Below, in pieces: positions 51,601 to 63,450 of a stretch of 64,000 bases of DNA. Origin of the DNA: Macrostomum lignano. Lineage: Eukaryota. A program made the position numbers and the translations under genes. The DNA lies in NCBI GenBank assembly GCA_002269645.1, contig NIVC01001525.1, forward strand, positions 124,001 to 188,000. Direction: 5' to 3'. The notes under the pieces were generated by a model. It saw only the letters and a program-made list of their open reading frames with translations. It was not told where the DNA came from and did no database searches. Each line of letters opens with the position of its first letter. Within the stretch, counting starts at the first letter, position 1.

Positions 51601-52028
51601 CTCAGCCCAACAACAACCGGTTCCGCGTCGACCTGCTGTATTGGAACGACACCTACATCTACGCCTACTACCTGAACGTGCTCATTCTGGCCGAGAGCAC
51701 CAACTACATGCTGTCTAACTTTACATTCGCAGCTGCTGGTGGCCTCGAAGACTGTCTGGTTAAAGAGTCAAACAGGCAGTTCGTCACCCGCGATCGCGGA
51801 TCGAGCAACTGCGGTCAAAACTGTGCAATTCAATACGAGCAGCCTCACTGGCACAATTGCTGCCACGACTCCGGTCCGTTCGGCAAGTACTTCAACTACC
51901 CAACGGCGCTGAATGTGCCAGCTGCAGACCGAGCCAAGGGCATCGTCTGGGCTTGCAGTGCTCCCAAGAACATCACCGATGGATGGTACTACAGCTTCAA
52001 GCAGCTGGAGATGCTCATGCTCACCTGA
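48635..52028 (+). CDS. Secreted PAN/Apple x2 + fibrinogen C-terminal (FReD) protein, copy C, intact, 5 exons, 417 aa
   Basis: Exons 48635-48695, 48768-49121, 49872-50119, 50202-50334, 51571-52028 (1254 nt, open). Signal-like MKLTTKQSELLQLLLCQLLTA; PAN-type CVDKCSEVPACRGIVFNSSNCSLL; FBG motifs FDRLWAEYKTGFG, GLEWLH, FRVDL, FVTRDR, NCA, HWHNCC, GIVW, SFKQLEM. Confidence 0.9.
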
Positions 52029-53384
52029 ATTCTTTTTAACTACATCGACCCAGTGAAAGGCATGCAGTGTGGCGTGTGCTGCAAGAATATTATTTTTCCG
52101 ATTCATTTTTTCTCGCGATCACCTGTTGGATATCGTTCTGTCCCGAGTTCCGTCTGTTTGCTTTTTTCTTCTCCTTTACTTCCTTTACTTTGCTGCCACT
52201 TTTCAGTTTTAGCCTTTTTTTATAAGTCTAGTGAATCAGACCTGTGTGTTTAACCCCTGTCTAGCTTATAGTTTTGATAAAAATTTGATTACTATTGTTG
52301 ATCCAGTGAATTTTGTTAAGGCTTTTTGTACAAATTTATTTTCCATTATCCGTTTTATATTCGCACCTTGAGAAATGGTAATTCACTAATTAGTTACAGA
52401 TTCCGTACACACCCAAGTGTGGGTCAGCTTCTTAAACTTCTATTCTGTATGAGTTCCTGCGCCTTGCTGCAGCTGAGGACTCCATCCAGTTTGCCCCTGT
52501 GTCCCCGGCCTTAATGATGGCTATCAACCTGATGATTGTACTCTTACCGCACATCATTCTTTCCGTGTGTCAATAAAGTCAGCCTGACAGCATCACGGAA
52601 CCATCAACAATTAACTACCGTATTTGCTTTCGGCATGTCGAGGTTTTCAGGTGTCTTACTCTAAATTCCCTCTGAGATATTGAATTACTTGCATATTTCA
52701 TAATCATTCATTCATATGTGTCATTCATAATGATTATTTTCTATTTAGTCCTTTCCACACAGTTCTAGACATTTTCTCGTCAACTTTGTATCCCTAAATA
52801 TACGAATTTGAGCTATCACTGAGGTCTGCTATTTTCTCAAACTGCCTTATTGGTCTCAGGCATATGCGGCATTGTCGTGGACCCTAATCGGCTTTTTTAC
52901 CTAACCTAAACAAAAGTCATGGGTCCATCACTGATAACTGGCTATTCTTTATCGGCGACTCAGTGGGTCAAAAAGATCAACTCGGGCCTGGAGGTCATGC
53001 TGATACTAATTAACAAATTAGGCGAGAGTGAACAAGATCATTAATATCATCTTTGTTTGGGTGCCTTGTTTGAGCATGGATTTTAAGGAGGTAGGGTCTA
53101 GTGGTATTGTCTTCCATCATTCTCAGTAACTCTCGTGCCAGGTGTGCAGTCAGATTGGACTCTCAAAGGCCTAAAAGAGTCCTGACTCTATCGATTACTT
53201 TAGCGAAATTATATTGTAGAACAAAGCCAAGTCTTAAGGGATCCTGAGCCAAGATAGAAAAGACAAAGAAGTATTCCAACGACTCCTCACCCAAGAGAGC
53301 AGATTAAGCGCTTCGCTCCGTTTATAATATTTTCAAAACATTTCTACTTCGAAGCGGAGAGAAGCGCCTTCACAACGGTGGCAG

Positions 53385-53730
53385 AGTGAGGATTTTTTTC
53401 CCATTCGTTGAATTAGATGCGGTTCTCCCCCTTCTAAGGAGGAGACTGTGGAGGCATCTGTCCTACACAGTACTCTCAGTGTCTTACCATCAAGCAGTTA
53501 CATTTTGTTTATTTTCACGGAGTGTCCAGGCTCTCTAGGTTGTTCTCCGCGGGCCTGCCCTCCGATCCGGTTCTGGGCGGTTACCTCCGGGTCGGGCTGG
53601 CTGGCTGATATAGGGGGATGAGCTCATTACTCATGTTAGCGACCGTTTGCTCTTCCCTGTGCTATTTTAATCCTCAAGTTGCTCTGGGGCTCTCTAATTT
53701 CCATTCCGATTTCTAACTCTTATAATAGAT
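53385..53730 (+). repeat. Dispersed ~350-bp repeat (paralog at about 63115-63450)
   Basis: GTGGCAGAGTG..GTTGAATTAGATG..GCCTGCCCTCCGATCCGGTT..GGGGCTCTCTAATTT..TTTCTAACTCTTATAATA is shared. Confidence 0.8.
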
Positions 53731-53853
53731 TAAACTATGTACAGTGTAAATAATACGCATAAAACTTGATATTTTTACCACGTTAATACAAGAACTTTGT
53801 TCTGTCACTGGACGCAGTGTTAGCAGCTATAGGTGGTACCGCCGGGATGCCAG

Positions 53854-54315
53854 GGGTGGATTTCATGAAGCCACTTGTCAGACAAATTACAAGTGACAAG
53901 TGACAATTTGTCAAGCGCTATCCTGATAAGTGACAATTTGTCAAGCGCTATCCTGACAAGTGACAATTTGTCAAGCGCTATCCTGATAAGTGACAATTTG
54001 TCAAGCGCTATCCTGACAAGTGACAATTTGTCAAGCGCTATCCTGACAAGTGACAATTTGTCAAGCGCTATCCTGACAAGTGACAATTTGTCAAGCGCTA
54101 TCCTGACAAGTGACAATTTGTCAAGCGCTATCCTGATAAGTGACAATTTGTCAAGCGCTATCCTGACAAGTGACAATTTGTCAAGCGCTATCCTGACAAG
54201 TGAAAATTTTCAAGCGTTTTGTAAAAGTTTCATGAAACAGAAATAACTGAAATTTGTCACTTGTCACTTGTCAAATTCTCACTTGTCGCTTGTAGTTTTC
54301 TCATGAAATCTGCCC
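53854..54315. mobile_element. 462-bp PIF/Harbinger-type MITE with CAG TSD, containing an amplified 30-bp minisatellite
   Basis: TIR GGGTGGATTTCATGA / TCATGAAATCTGCCC; CAG at 53851-53853 and 54316-54318 (CCWGG empty site). GACAAGTGACAATTTGTCAAGCGCTATCCT x about 10 at 53890-54205; its core is inverted at about 54251-54285. Confidence 0.82.
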
Positions 54316-55859
54316 CAGGTGCGCGGCTCTGTCACCCGTCTTGTCAGATACCTTTCAAGCTCACACCAAGCTTGAATGATTACAAGAAACCTTCTTTTGA
54401 GCTACTAATCGAGTTCAAGAACAAAATGAAACTATTTAAAATATTCTTTAACGCAGAAACCAGAATATATTGGGCAGGTATCAATCCGTTTGAATTTTAT
54501 TAGAATTGAACAGTCGTTTCAGTGGAGAAAGAAACGCGTGTGTTATCAATAAGACGGTGACAGGTGTGTGTACCATTCCACAAATGAGTTATAGCCAACT
54601 GGATCTTCGATGCTTTGTTTCCAGAGATTTTCGGGTGTCATACGAGTTTCTACAGTCAGTACAGTCTATATCTATGATTTACGAGTACATGTATCTATGC
54701 GTATAGCTGTTCAACATTAAAATGTATTTCTATTGTACTTTTGTGCAGAAGACAAGAATGAGACAATCATAGTTGGCAACAAGAAGCCATTATTATTTAA
54801 CAACGCACAGAGTTCATGTCGAAGCCACCAACCGAAAGTAAAATCATGGTCAACACGACGGGAATCCAGCACCAGGAGAAGCAATCAAAATTAAAGAAAA
54901 TAATACCACCAGAACGAAGATATGTGCATACTCTCTTTGATACTAGCTGTAAGCAGCTGTAGCTGATACTGGCAGAAGCGTTAAAATTTACATGGAGAAG
55001 AAGCGACGTAGTAGTAATTTTTGAGTTGGAAATTTTGAATTGCAGTTTTTTGACAATCATATTTAGGCTGCCTCCAGTGAACCTTCCCATGCTGCTCTGG
55101 CTTACGCCATCCAACCACTGAAGCTGAATGAACCGCCTTGCATCCTTGCAGCTGCACCAACGCGTCCAAGAGAGCGCCTTTGAACGGATTGAAGCTGCTT
55201 TACCGCCCGCCACCCGAACTGACAGGCAGAGTTCACTCTAGCCAAGTGATATGAGCAGGATACTGTAGGGTGAAAGTAAAGAGACAAAGCTACTTTAGTG
55301 GCCTTTAAAAACACTTCAATAATTCCGAGGCTCACTCCTCACGGCAAGTATGGGTCGCTTTGTAAATCAGCCATTAGATTTATTGCGGGGCAAATGAACT
55401 TTTTTTCTAACAACTCATGTCTTTTGTCCCAAGGTAAAGTCCTCAAGCATCGCTTTCTCTGTGCTCCAAAATGTTTTAGCGACTGTCATGATATCATCGG
55501 CATTGAATTGCCTAATCTAAACGGATACAGAAATCAGGGGAGAATGTTAAACTGTGGGTTTTAGGGTAAACAGCTACATTTTTAAATACAGCAAACTGTG
55601 TGCCTATGTTTGCATATGCATATGTTTGATCCCGGACTCGAGTGCGTGACTCACGGATGCTTGACTCACTTTTAGCACTCTTAAAATATTTATGCACTAT
55701 TAACGCATCGGATGAACTATTGAATTTCTTCGAACTCCAAAATATATAGACGTTCCTCTCGGCTCTTCAGCTATTAATATAAACTATGTTGCCCCTTCGC
55801 TAGCCGGAAATTCGCTGGGACATTGAGTGTATACATGCAGCCGAGCAACTGATCGAAAA

Positions 55860-56290
55860 TTTCTCGAATTCAATAACGTCCGCTCAGACGCCGCCAGGGG
55901 GGGGTTGCCGGTATGGCTTCTACGAGGTTAAAGCGACTCGGATCTACGAGTCCTCAGACGCCAGGCATGAGCACCTGTGTCTGATGAACGAAAGACTGCG
56001 TAGCCTTAAAACCAGATCGCTCACTTGGAGCAGAAATGCGAGCAAATCCGACAAGAATTGCATCAAGAGTTCCCACAAAAACTATCGGAACCAGCTGGAA
56101 CTCAAAGAACGAAAGCAGAGGCTGCATCATCTCGAGGAGCCTCACTATGAGTGCGTGATCTCCGTGTGGGAACTGAGCATCCCGGTACTGGTGACTGCGG
56201 ACCCCGGCTGGCACAGCTGCCGCAAGCAGGAGTTCGTGTAAAGCATGGACATCCAGGCCCGCCTATTTGAGTTTCCGACCGGCGCCGCAT
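55860..56290 (+). pseudogene. Possible frameshifted fragment of an unidentified coiled-coil protein
   Basis: Coding-like segments in alternating frames (NERLRSLK / QIAHLEQKCEQIRQELHQEF / YRNQLELKERKQRLHHLEE..). No recognisable family. Confidence 0.3.
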
Positions 56291-56507
56291 GACGGAACTC
56301 TGCGTTGGTCGTTCCGGTCGACTGTCTGGGTCGATGTTTTTCCTCCGTACGGCCGCCGGCAGCTTCCAGAACCGATCTCAGCGATTCTGCTTCCAAACTA
56401 ACTTCCGGCTGATCAGCTGCGGATGCTGGGGAGACTCGGGACTGCTGATGATGGGGAACGGGAGTCGATGGAGTTTGGGGTACCGGCTAGGATCAGCCTG
56501 GACGTTC

Positions 56508-56958
56508 CAGTTCCATTTCTCCCCCTCTGCCCTTCCAGTTCTCCCCCTCTGCCCTTCCAGTTCTCCCCCTCTGCCTTTCCAGTTCTCCCCCTCTGCCCTT
56601 CCAGTTCTCCCCCTCTGCCCTTCCAGTTCTCCCCCTCTGCCCTTCCAGTTCTCCCCCTCTGCCCTTCCAGTTCTCCCCCTCTGCCCTTCCAGTTCTCCCC
56701 CTCTGCCCTTCCAGTTCTCCCCCTCTGCCCTTCCAGTTCTCCCCTCTGCCCTTCCAGTTCTCCCCCTCTGCCCTTCCAGTTCTCCCCCTCTGCCCTTCCA
56801 GTTCTCCCCCTCTGCCCTTCCAGTTCTCCCCCTCTGCCCTTCCAGTTCTCCCCCTCTGCCCTTCCAGTTCTCCCCCTCTGCCCTTCCAGTTCTCCCCCTC
56901 TGCCCTTCCAGTTCTCCCCTTCTGCCCTTCCAGTTCTCCCCTCTGCCCTTCCAGTTGT
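56508..56958. repeat. 22-bp pyrimidine-rich minisatellite (CCAGTTCTCCCCCTCTGCCCTT), about 20 units
   Basis: Tandem units visible. Confidence 0.96.
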
Positions 56959-57934
56959 CCCTCTACCCTTTTAGTTACCTACACTGACACCGCTCTCTCC
57001 TCTCACCACTGCTCTATCCTCTGCTGAGCCTGTCAAACTTAATGAAAATTCAACACACGATTTCGAATGCGCCGAGAATAGGCTTCACTATATATTGATA
57101 TTTAATTATCTAGTTGAAAAACTCCTAGTAATCTAAATAAGTACTAGTAATCTAAATAAGGCAATAAAGATGAATCTATTATTAGGCACATACTTGCAAT
57201 ATATACTACGAGCACCTGGGCCAATACTGTATGTCGCAAAATTGTATAGGATAAGGGATAAATATAAAGAGTGCCCGGAAAACCATGCTTAATTATTTCT
57301 TATAAAGCGTGATGCAACTCTCATACAATTTCAGGGCACAATGACCCGGTCAAAGCCATAGACAAAAAGAGCATCCCGCCAATGGGCATAAAAATTGTTC
57401 AAAATCTGATTACTCTTATTTGTGTACAGAGCACAAGTTTGACTGGAGTAACAATTAGAACAGTTTTTATGGCGCAATCTATGACAGAAATTTATGGTAA
57501 AATATAAGTGTATCGAATTGGTGTTTAGAAACCAATTATCAAAAAAACCATTGAATTTTTGGATTTTTGCGTTTCAGAGAATTAAAAAGTACTTAATTTA
57601 CTTTACATGAAACATGAGTCTGCTTAAAACAAGGAAAGAGCCCTTGAAACAAAAGACGAGGGAGCGGAAAGGAGAGGGAAAGAGTTAGAGTAGCAAAAAT
57701 TTCATACAAATACGGCGCTTGTTGATTTAGTTATTGTCGCTGCTACTGTTGTTGTGGCGTCGTCGTTGATATTGTTGATATTGTTGATATCGTTATTGTT
57801 GGTATAGATTTTTGTTGTTGTTTTGTTGTTTTAGTTGTTTTTGTTTTTTGTTTTTTTGTTGTTGTTGTTTCAGATGAGTGTCAATCCAGCTACCATGCCT
57901 TATTATAGCTCCTAACTATTGAAAATATTCAGAC

Positions 57935-58625
57935 CTGTCAATCAGAGCATGCATGACCTCGGCGTGAGCACCAGCCTGGCCTTCCTGCTGCATGGAGTGA
58001 ACGAGATTTCTTCGCAGCCTAGCGGTTAATTGAGGATGCCGAAAAACATCCTGTTTGAAGCTGGACAGTCCGTATCGAAGTTCGAAGAACATCTTGGCTG
58101 CCACCAAAGTGACAACTGCCATCTCAGAGTCTTTACTCTCCTCCGTCTCCTCCAAGCTGTCGTCAGAATCTTCATCGCCCTCCGAGTTTGAGCCTGAATC
58201 GCTAATTCTAAATGAATCACTTGGTAACCATTTTACAAAAGCTTCTTCCAGTGTTGCTTTGTACTCACATTCCAGATCTCCCAAAAACACTCGGTTTTCA
58301 TCGATAACCATTGACTGTCTGACTGTGATTCGCCGGAGCTGCTGCAGAGCGCAGTGCCGACAGTCGCAGTTGTGCAGCAGCATGTTTTCACCCTCCGACT
58401 GCCTCACGAATTTTTCAGTTTTGCGTTCTCGTGTCGGGTCCCAGACATCGCTGCTTATTGGGTTTTCAAAGTGTTGGACATTGGAAAACTTGACACTTTT
58501 TACAGACACTTTCGTCTTCAGGAGCCCATTATGCACAGCGAAATCGAACTTTTGCTCCAGGCTGCTGTACTTGAAATCTTCACCGATGTACCTCTTTTCA
58601 AAGCACATGCCGTTCAACGAAATTC
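57935..58625 (-). CDS. Internal coding exon of an unidentified gene (about 230 aa; HNCDCRHC motif, acidic stretch)
   Basis: Pyrimidine-rich acceptor TTTTTTCTGCAG| at 58626, 691-nt open frame, donor CAG|GTCTGA at 57934. Flanking exons were not resolved. Confidence 0.5.
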
Positions 58626-59084
58626 CTGCAGAAAAAATAACAGTACATAAAAAGCTGCAAGGCCACAATAACATCAAAGGTCATCCGGCACCTCCTCAGC
58701 CAGCAGGCAGTCGCAGAATCGCCGGTGGCTGCCTGCAGCGCCAGCAGCGGAACCTCCTGAACTTCCGACTGTGGGAGGCCACTCGGCTCTACAGCATCTG
58801 CAGTGCAGCAGCCGCCTCAGCTTGGGGTTCGAGTGACTCCACCTGCGTCCGGTGTTGCCTGGAGCTGCACCGCCCTCTGACGGTCAGGCAGGGACTGACT
58901 GCAGGACCGCCCTCACACAGCCAAAGGAAGCCCTCACACAGCCAAATACAGCCCTCACACAGCCAAAGGCAGCCCCACACAGCCAAAGGCAGCCCTCACA
59001 CAGCCAAATACAGCCCTCGCAGTTCCAAGTTGTATTGGCGCCACTGACTCATCTGCAATTGGCGACAACTGATCCTTCACCCTA

Positions 59085-59978
59085 TCTGATCCCACACCCT
59101 ATCTGATCCCACACCCTATCTGATCCCACACCCTATCTGATCCCACCCTATCTGATCCCAAACCTATCTGATCCCACCCTATCTGATCCCACACCTATCT
59201 GATCCTACACCTATCTGATCCCACACCTATCTGATCCCACACCTATCTGATCCCACACCTATCTGATCCCACCCTATCTGATCCCACCCTATCTGACCCC
59301 ACCCTATCTGATCACCCACCTCTCCCTCTCCTGCCTCTCCCTCTCCCGCCTCTCCCTCTCCCAATCTCCCTCTCCTGCCTCTCCCTCTCCCAATCTCCCT
59401 CTCCTGCCTCTCCCTCTCCCAATCTCCCTCTCCTGCCTCTCCCTCTCCTGCCTCTCCCTCTCCTGCCTCTCCCTCTCCTGCCTCTCCCGCCTGTCCCTCT
59501 CCTGCCTCTCCCGCCTGTTCCTCTCCTGCCTCTTCCTCTCCTAATCTCCGTCTCCCGCATCTCCCTCTCCTGCCTCTCCCTCTCCCGCCTCTCCCTCTCC
59601 CAATCTCCCTCTCCCGCCTCTCCCTCTCCTGCCTCTCCCTCTCCCGCCTGTTCCTCTCCTGCCTCTTCCTCTCCTAATCTCCGTCTCCCGCATCTCCCTC
59701 TCCAGCCTCTCCCTCTCCCGCCTCTCCCTCTCCCAATCTCCCTCTCCCGCCTCTCCCTCTCCTGCCTCTCCGTCTCCTGCCTCTCCCTCTCCCAATCTCC
59801 CTCTCCTGCCTCTCCCGCCTCTCCCTCTCCTGCCTCTCTCTCTCCTGCCTCTCTCTCTCCCACATCTCCCTCTCCTGCCTCTCCCTTTCCCAATCTCCCT
59901 CTCCTGCCTCTCCCGCCTGTTCCTCTCCTGCCTCTCCCTCTCCTAATCTCCATCTCCTGCCTCTCCCTCTCCCGCCTG
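59085..59978. repeat. Two adjacent arrays: 17-19-bp CCCTATCTGATCCCACA (59085-59312) and CT-rich CTCTCCCTCTCCTGC family (59315-59978)
   Basis: Tandem units visible. Confidence 0.92.
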
Positions 59979-62775
59979 TGATGAGTATAATTAGCATGCA
60001 CGATAAGCAATAGTTTAGGCCCTAGACAAACCTATTTTTGGAGCGTTCAGAGATTTTAAAACTATTGGCCCTATTGCCTATCGCCGGTCGGCGAGTTCTA
60101 CCAATCTTTCTCCAATAGTCGCAGTACGGTTCAAGCAAAGGAAGAACACAGGTGAAACCGATTCGAATAGATTTAGAGAGTGATAATCCTAGCAAGAATG
60201 ACCAAGTTTGATTGACTCGACGATTTAGCTAGTAATTAGATTCAATAAAGTTACAAGATTTTTTAACGTAATTCGCGGCGCAGATAATTCGAACTGATGA
60301 TAACAAACCAATAATAACGATACAACAATTAATAATATTAATTTAATTACGAAACTGCAAGCGGATCTCAGCTTGAATAAGAAGAAGAAGAAACCGACAC
60401 GGGACCACGGAGAAAGACCACTGGCCTAACCCAGAACCTACACTCAAACGAGAGCCCTGACGAATCGACTGTTCAGCGGAGCACTAACTAAGTTCTATCA
60501 GCGCTGCCCTTCAGTGCGACACTGAGGCCCTCGGGATCGAGGCCACGTACTTGATCGAATCTGTCAGTCTCTATCTAGACCGCGCTTAATAGCGACGACT
60601 TCAGACACTGATGCCGTATCGTTGCGCTCCGAGACTGAAGCGGTCGGGCAGGGAGTGAAACACGGACCGGGGGTGATGAAATCGGGCGCCTCAAAGCGCG
60701 AAACCAAAAAATAGGGCAAAACGGCCGGGAAGTTGAGCAAAACCAAGGGCCAAAAGCAGGAGAGAAGGGGAAGGGTGATATCCGATCGCCAAACACACTT
60801 TCATTTATGGTCATTGTCAGACCCCTCACAACCGCCCTCAAGCCGGGTGGTGGTAGTCTGGCCGGCCGCTCGCCAAGCTGAATTGCACTGTGCCGCGGCG
60901 CCGGGTAGAGTTGGATTTTGCCGCGTGCCAGGGTCCAGGCCGATTCTGATTGGCTGGCCGCGCAAAGCCGGGGTTTGCAGAAACTTCAACCCTCCGCTGA
61001 GTCACAAATGGCGTCTGACTTCTACCCTGTTTACGCAAAAAATTAGACTCTAACTAACAAGAAAAAAGTACATTGAAAACGCGTGACTAAATTAAAGCAA
61101 AATAATAATTATCAACAATATTACAGAAAATAACTAATAGAATACAAAACTATCGCAAAAGATGCTCACACTACAGTGCCCTTCTGGTGAGACTCATCGG
61201 GAATTCGGTGATCCGGGCCTGGAGGCATGTGTTCAGCACGGCAAGAACAGTCTCTTAACTAGGAGCTGGATCAAGTGTTCGCTGTCTCCATTAATTAATG
61301 GCTCTCAATTAATTAATGGCTCTCCCCGGCTGCTTGCTTTTTCCAGCCCTGCGGGTGGGTTTTGTACCTATTAGACCGCAGGGATTGCTGGTCAAAGTGG
61401 GCCAAGCCAACTGTAAGCTGCAGTCTTAATCAAAAGGCCATGCAAGGTGTCTCTGGCCAGGAAGTAGATTCGGTGCCCCTAAAAACCACAACGACCCGAA
61501 GTATACCGTCCTGCTGGACCTGCTCTGTCCACGACATAGTCTATTCGGGTCTGATCCCCTCCCACACGATCAGGACGTTTTTCCACCCTAAGACTCAAGC
61601 GCTTCTCAAATGTATCTCTATGGAATACGTTGGCTTCCTGGTGCAAATACTTAAGAGACGTAAGACGATACCACTTTGGAGCTTTTAGCTGGGGCGTATT
61701 ACCGCGGTTCCTTTGCTCCGATTGAAATTGTGTTGACTTAAATCTTTATTGACCTTAGCCTAGTCTCTCGAGGCTACAGTTACGCAAACGCAGTAGATAG
61801 AAATAAAGCATCAGTCCGTCAGTAAGCAGTAAGTCTCGCAAAATTCTCTAAACCCCTACCTAATATAAATCTAACTACTAACAGTAATCTGCTTTTTTGT
61901 CTTTCTATCTCACCAGTGTCCATCAAGGAATACCTCAAAAGACTTAATTAATAAAAATACTTAAGTCGTGCTTGGTTACCAGATAAGTAATTTAAGCTAA
62001 AAGTTCTTTTCAGTCAAAGAAAAACAGAGCCCACAGGGCTATGAATAACCATGCCCGATCAAACTACTGATTAGGACATTACGACGAATATAACGCGATG
62101 TTTTTCGTTTTCTAAACACCGGTTATATTCTGCCATCAGACAGCGCTGGAACAAGCGACAACAACCGGAGATGCTTTTCTTTGACTTTGCCTTTTTGGGC
62201 TTCCAGTTCACGTATATTTATGAGCTTCCACAATTTCATCCCCTGCCGCCGATGAGGTGGGCAACCGCTTTCCTAACGACGGCGGGGTTTACACAAACAG
62301 CGTATGCAATTTAAACAACACTAGGCATGCCCGTAACTACGGGGGCGAGGGCTAGACGGTTAGACTTAATGGATTACTCTGGTTGCGTTAGAGCATCTGA
62401 GGGAGCTCAGTTCACTGTCCTTCTGTGCGGGATGGCCCACGCATCCACCCCTCGGTTGCTACGCCAGGTTGGGGTTGGGCTGTCCACGGCTCCTCCCCAG
62501 GAGCGGCCTCCGCGCCGGGCTCATTAAGAATTATCCGGCCGTGCGTCTCCGCCTGTCAACCGTCCAGGTCAAATTGCCGCCTCGCCTTTAATGTATGGCT
62601 GAAATGGATGGGATCTGCTGTAGCTTTGCCATGCGCTGCGTGTGCTATTGTAGGCTCAGCCTATTTGCCTCTTTCTATTGTTTTTGCTTAGTTTCTAAAC
62701 CCTATAACGAGACAGCAACTTCGCTCATTTAATTAGAATAAGCAATTTTCTAAGTTCGTGCCTGTAAATCCCACA

Positions 62776-63045
62776 ACGCCAGGCCTGGAGTGGCTGCACG
62801 CCCGGACCAGCGCTCAGCCCAACAGCAACCGGTTCCGCGTCGACCTGCTGTACTGGAATGACACCTACATCTACGCCTACTACCTGAACGTGCTCATTCT
62901 GGCCGAGAGCACCAACTACACGGTGTCTAACTTTACGTACGCACCTGCTGGTGGTCTTAGAGACTGTCTGTTCCAAGAGTTTAACAGCCAGTTCGTCACC
63001 CGAGATCGCGGATGGAGCAACTGCCCACACAAAACAGCGATCGCG
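62776..63045 (+). pseudogene. FReD gene copy D: truncated exon 5, preceded by an intron 4 homolog (about 61260-62100)
   Basis: ACAACGCCAG|GCCTGGAGTGGCTGCAC... encodes GLEWLHARTSAQPNSNRFRVDLLYWNDTY...FVTRDRGWSNC, then homology stops. 61270-62080 aligns with 50950-51420. Exons 1-4 were not found nearby. Confidence 0.85.
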
Positions 63046-63450
63046 ATGTTTTGAGTAGGGGCGCAGACACTGATAGCCAAAAGCATTAAACTAGATAGGT
63101 GTTAGGCAACTCTCGGGGGTGGCAGAGTGGGGATTTATCGCATTGGTTGAATTAGATGTGGCTCTCCTCTTTCCTAGGTCTCTGTCCCCCACAGCACTTT
63201 CGGTCCCTTCCCTTCCCAACAGGTACATTCTGTTCATCCTCGCGGGATGTCCGGTCTCTCCAGGTTGTTCTCCGCAGGCCTGCCCTCCGATCCGGTTTTG
63301 GGCGGTCTGCACCTCTGGGCTGGCTTAAATAAGGGAATAATCGATCGTTGCTCATGCTAGCGACCATTTGCTCTTTCATGTGCTGCTTTAATCCTCAGGT
63401 TGCTGTGGGGCTCTCTAATTTCTATTCTCATTTCTAACTCTTATAATAAG

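Noticed and set aside
52330-53380. Degenerate retrotransposon coding sequence in the FReD 3' flank
   Set aside because: No RT, endonuclease or integrase motif could be read in any frame.
56289-56987. Pro/Ser-rich ORFs
   Set aside because: Mostly the 22-bp repeat.
58055-59047. 330-aa plus-strand ORF
   Set aside because: Ser-rich antisense shadow of the minus-strand exon, plus repeats.
59312-60010. RG/E-rich ORFs resembling RGG proteins
   Set aside because: Overlapping frames of a CT-rich satellite; no splice or codon support.
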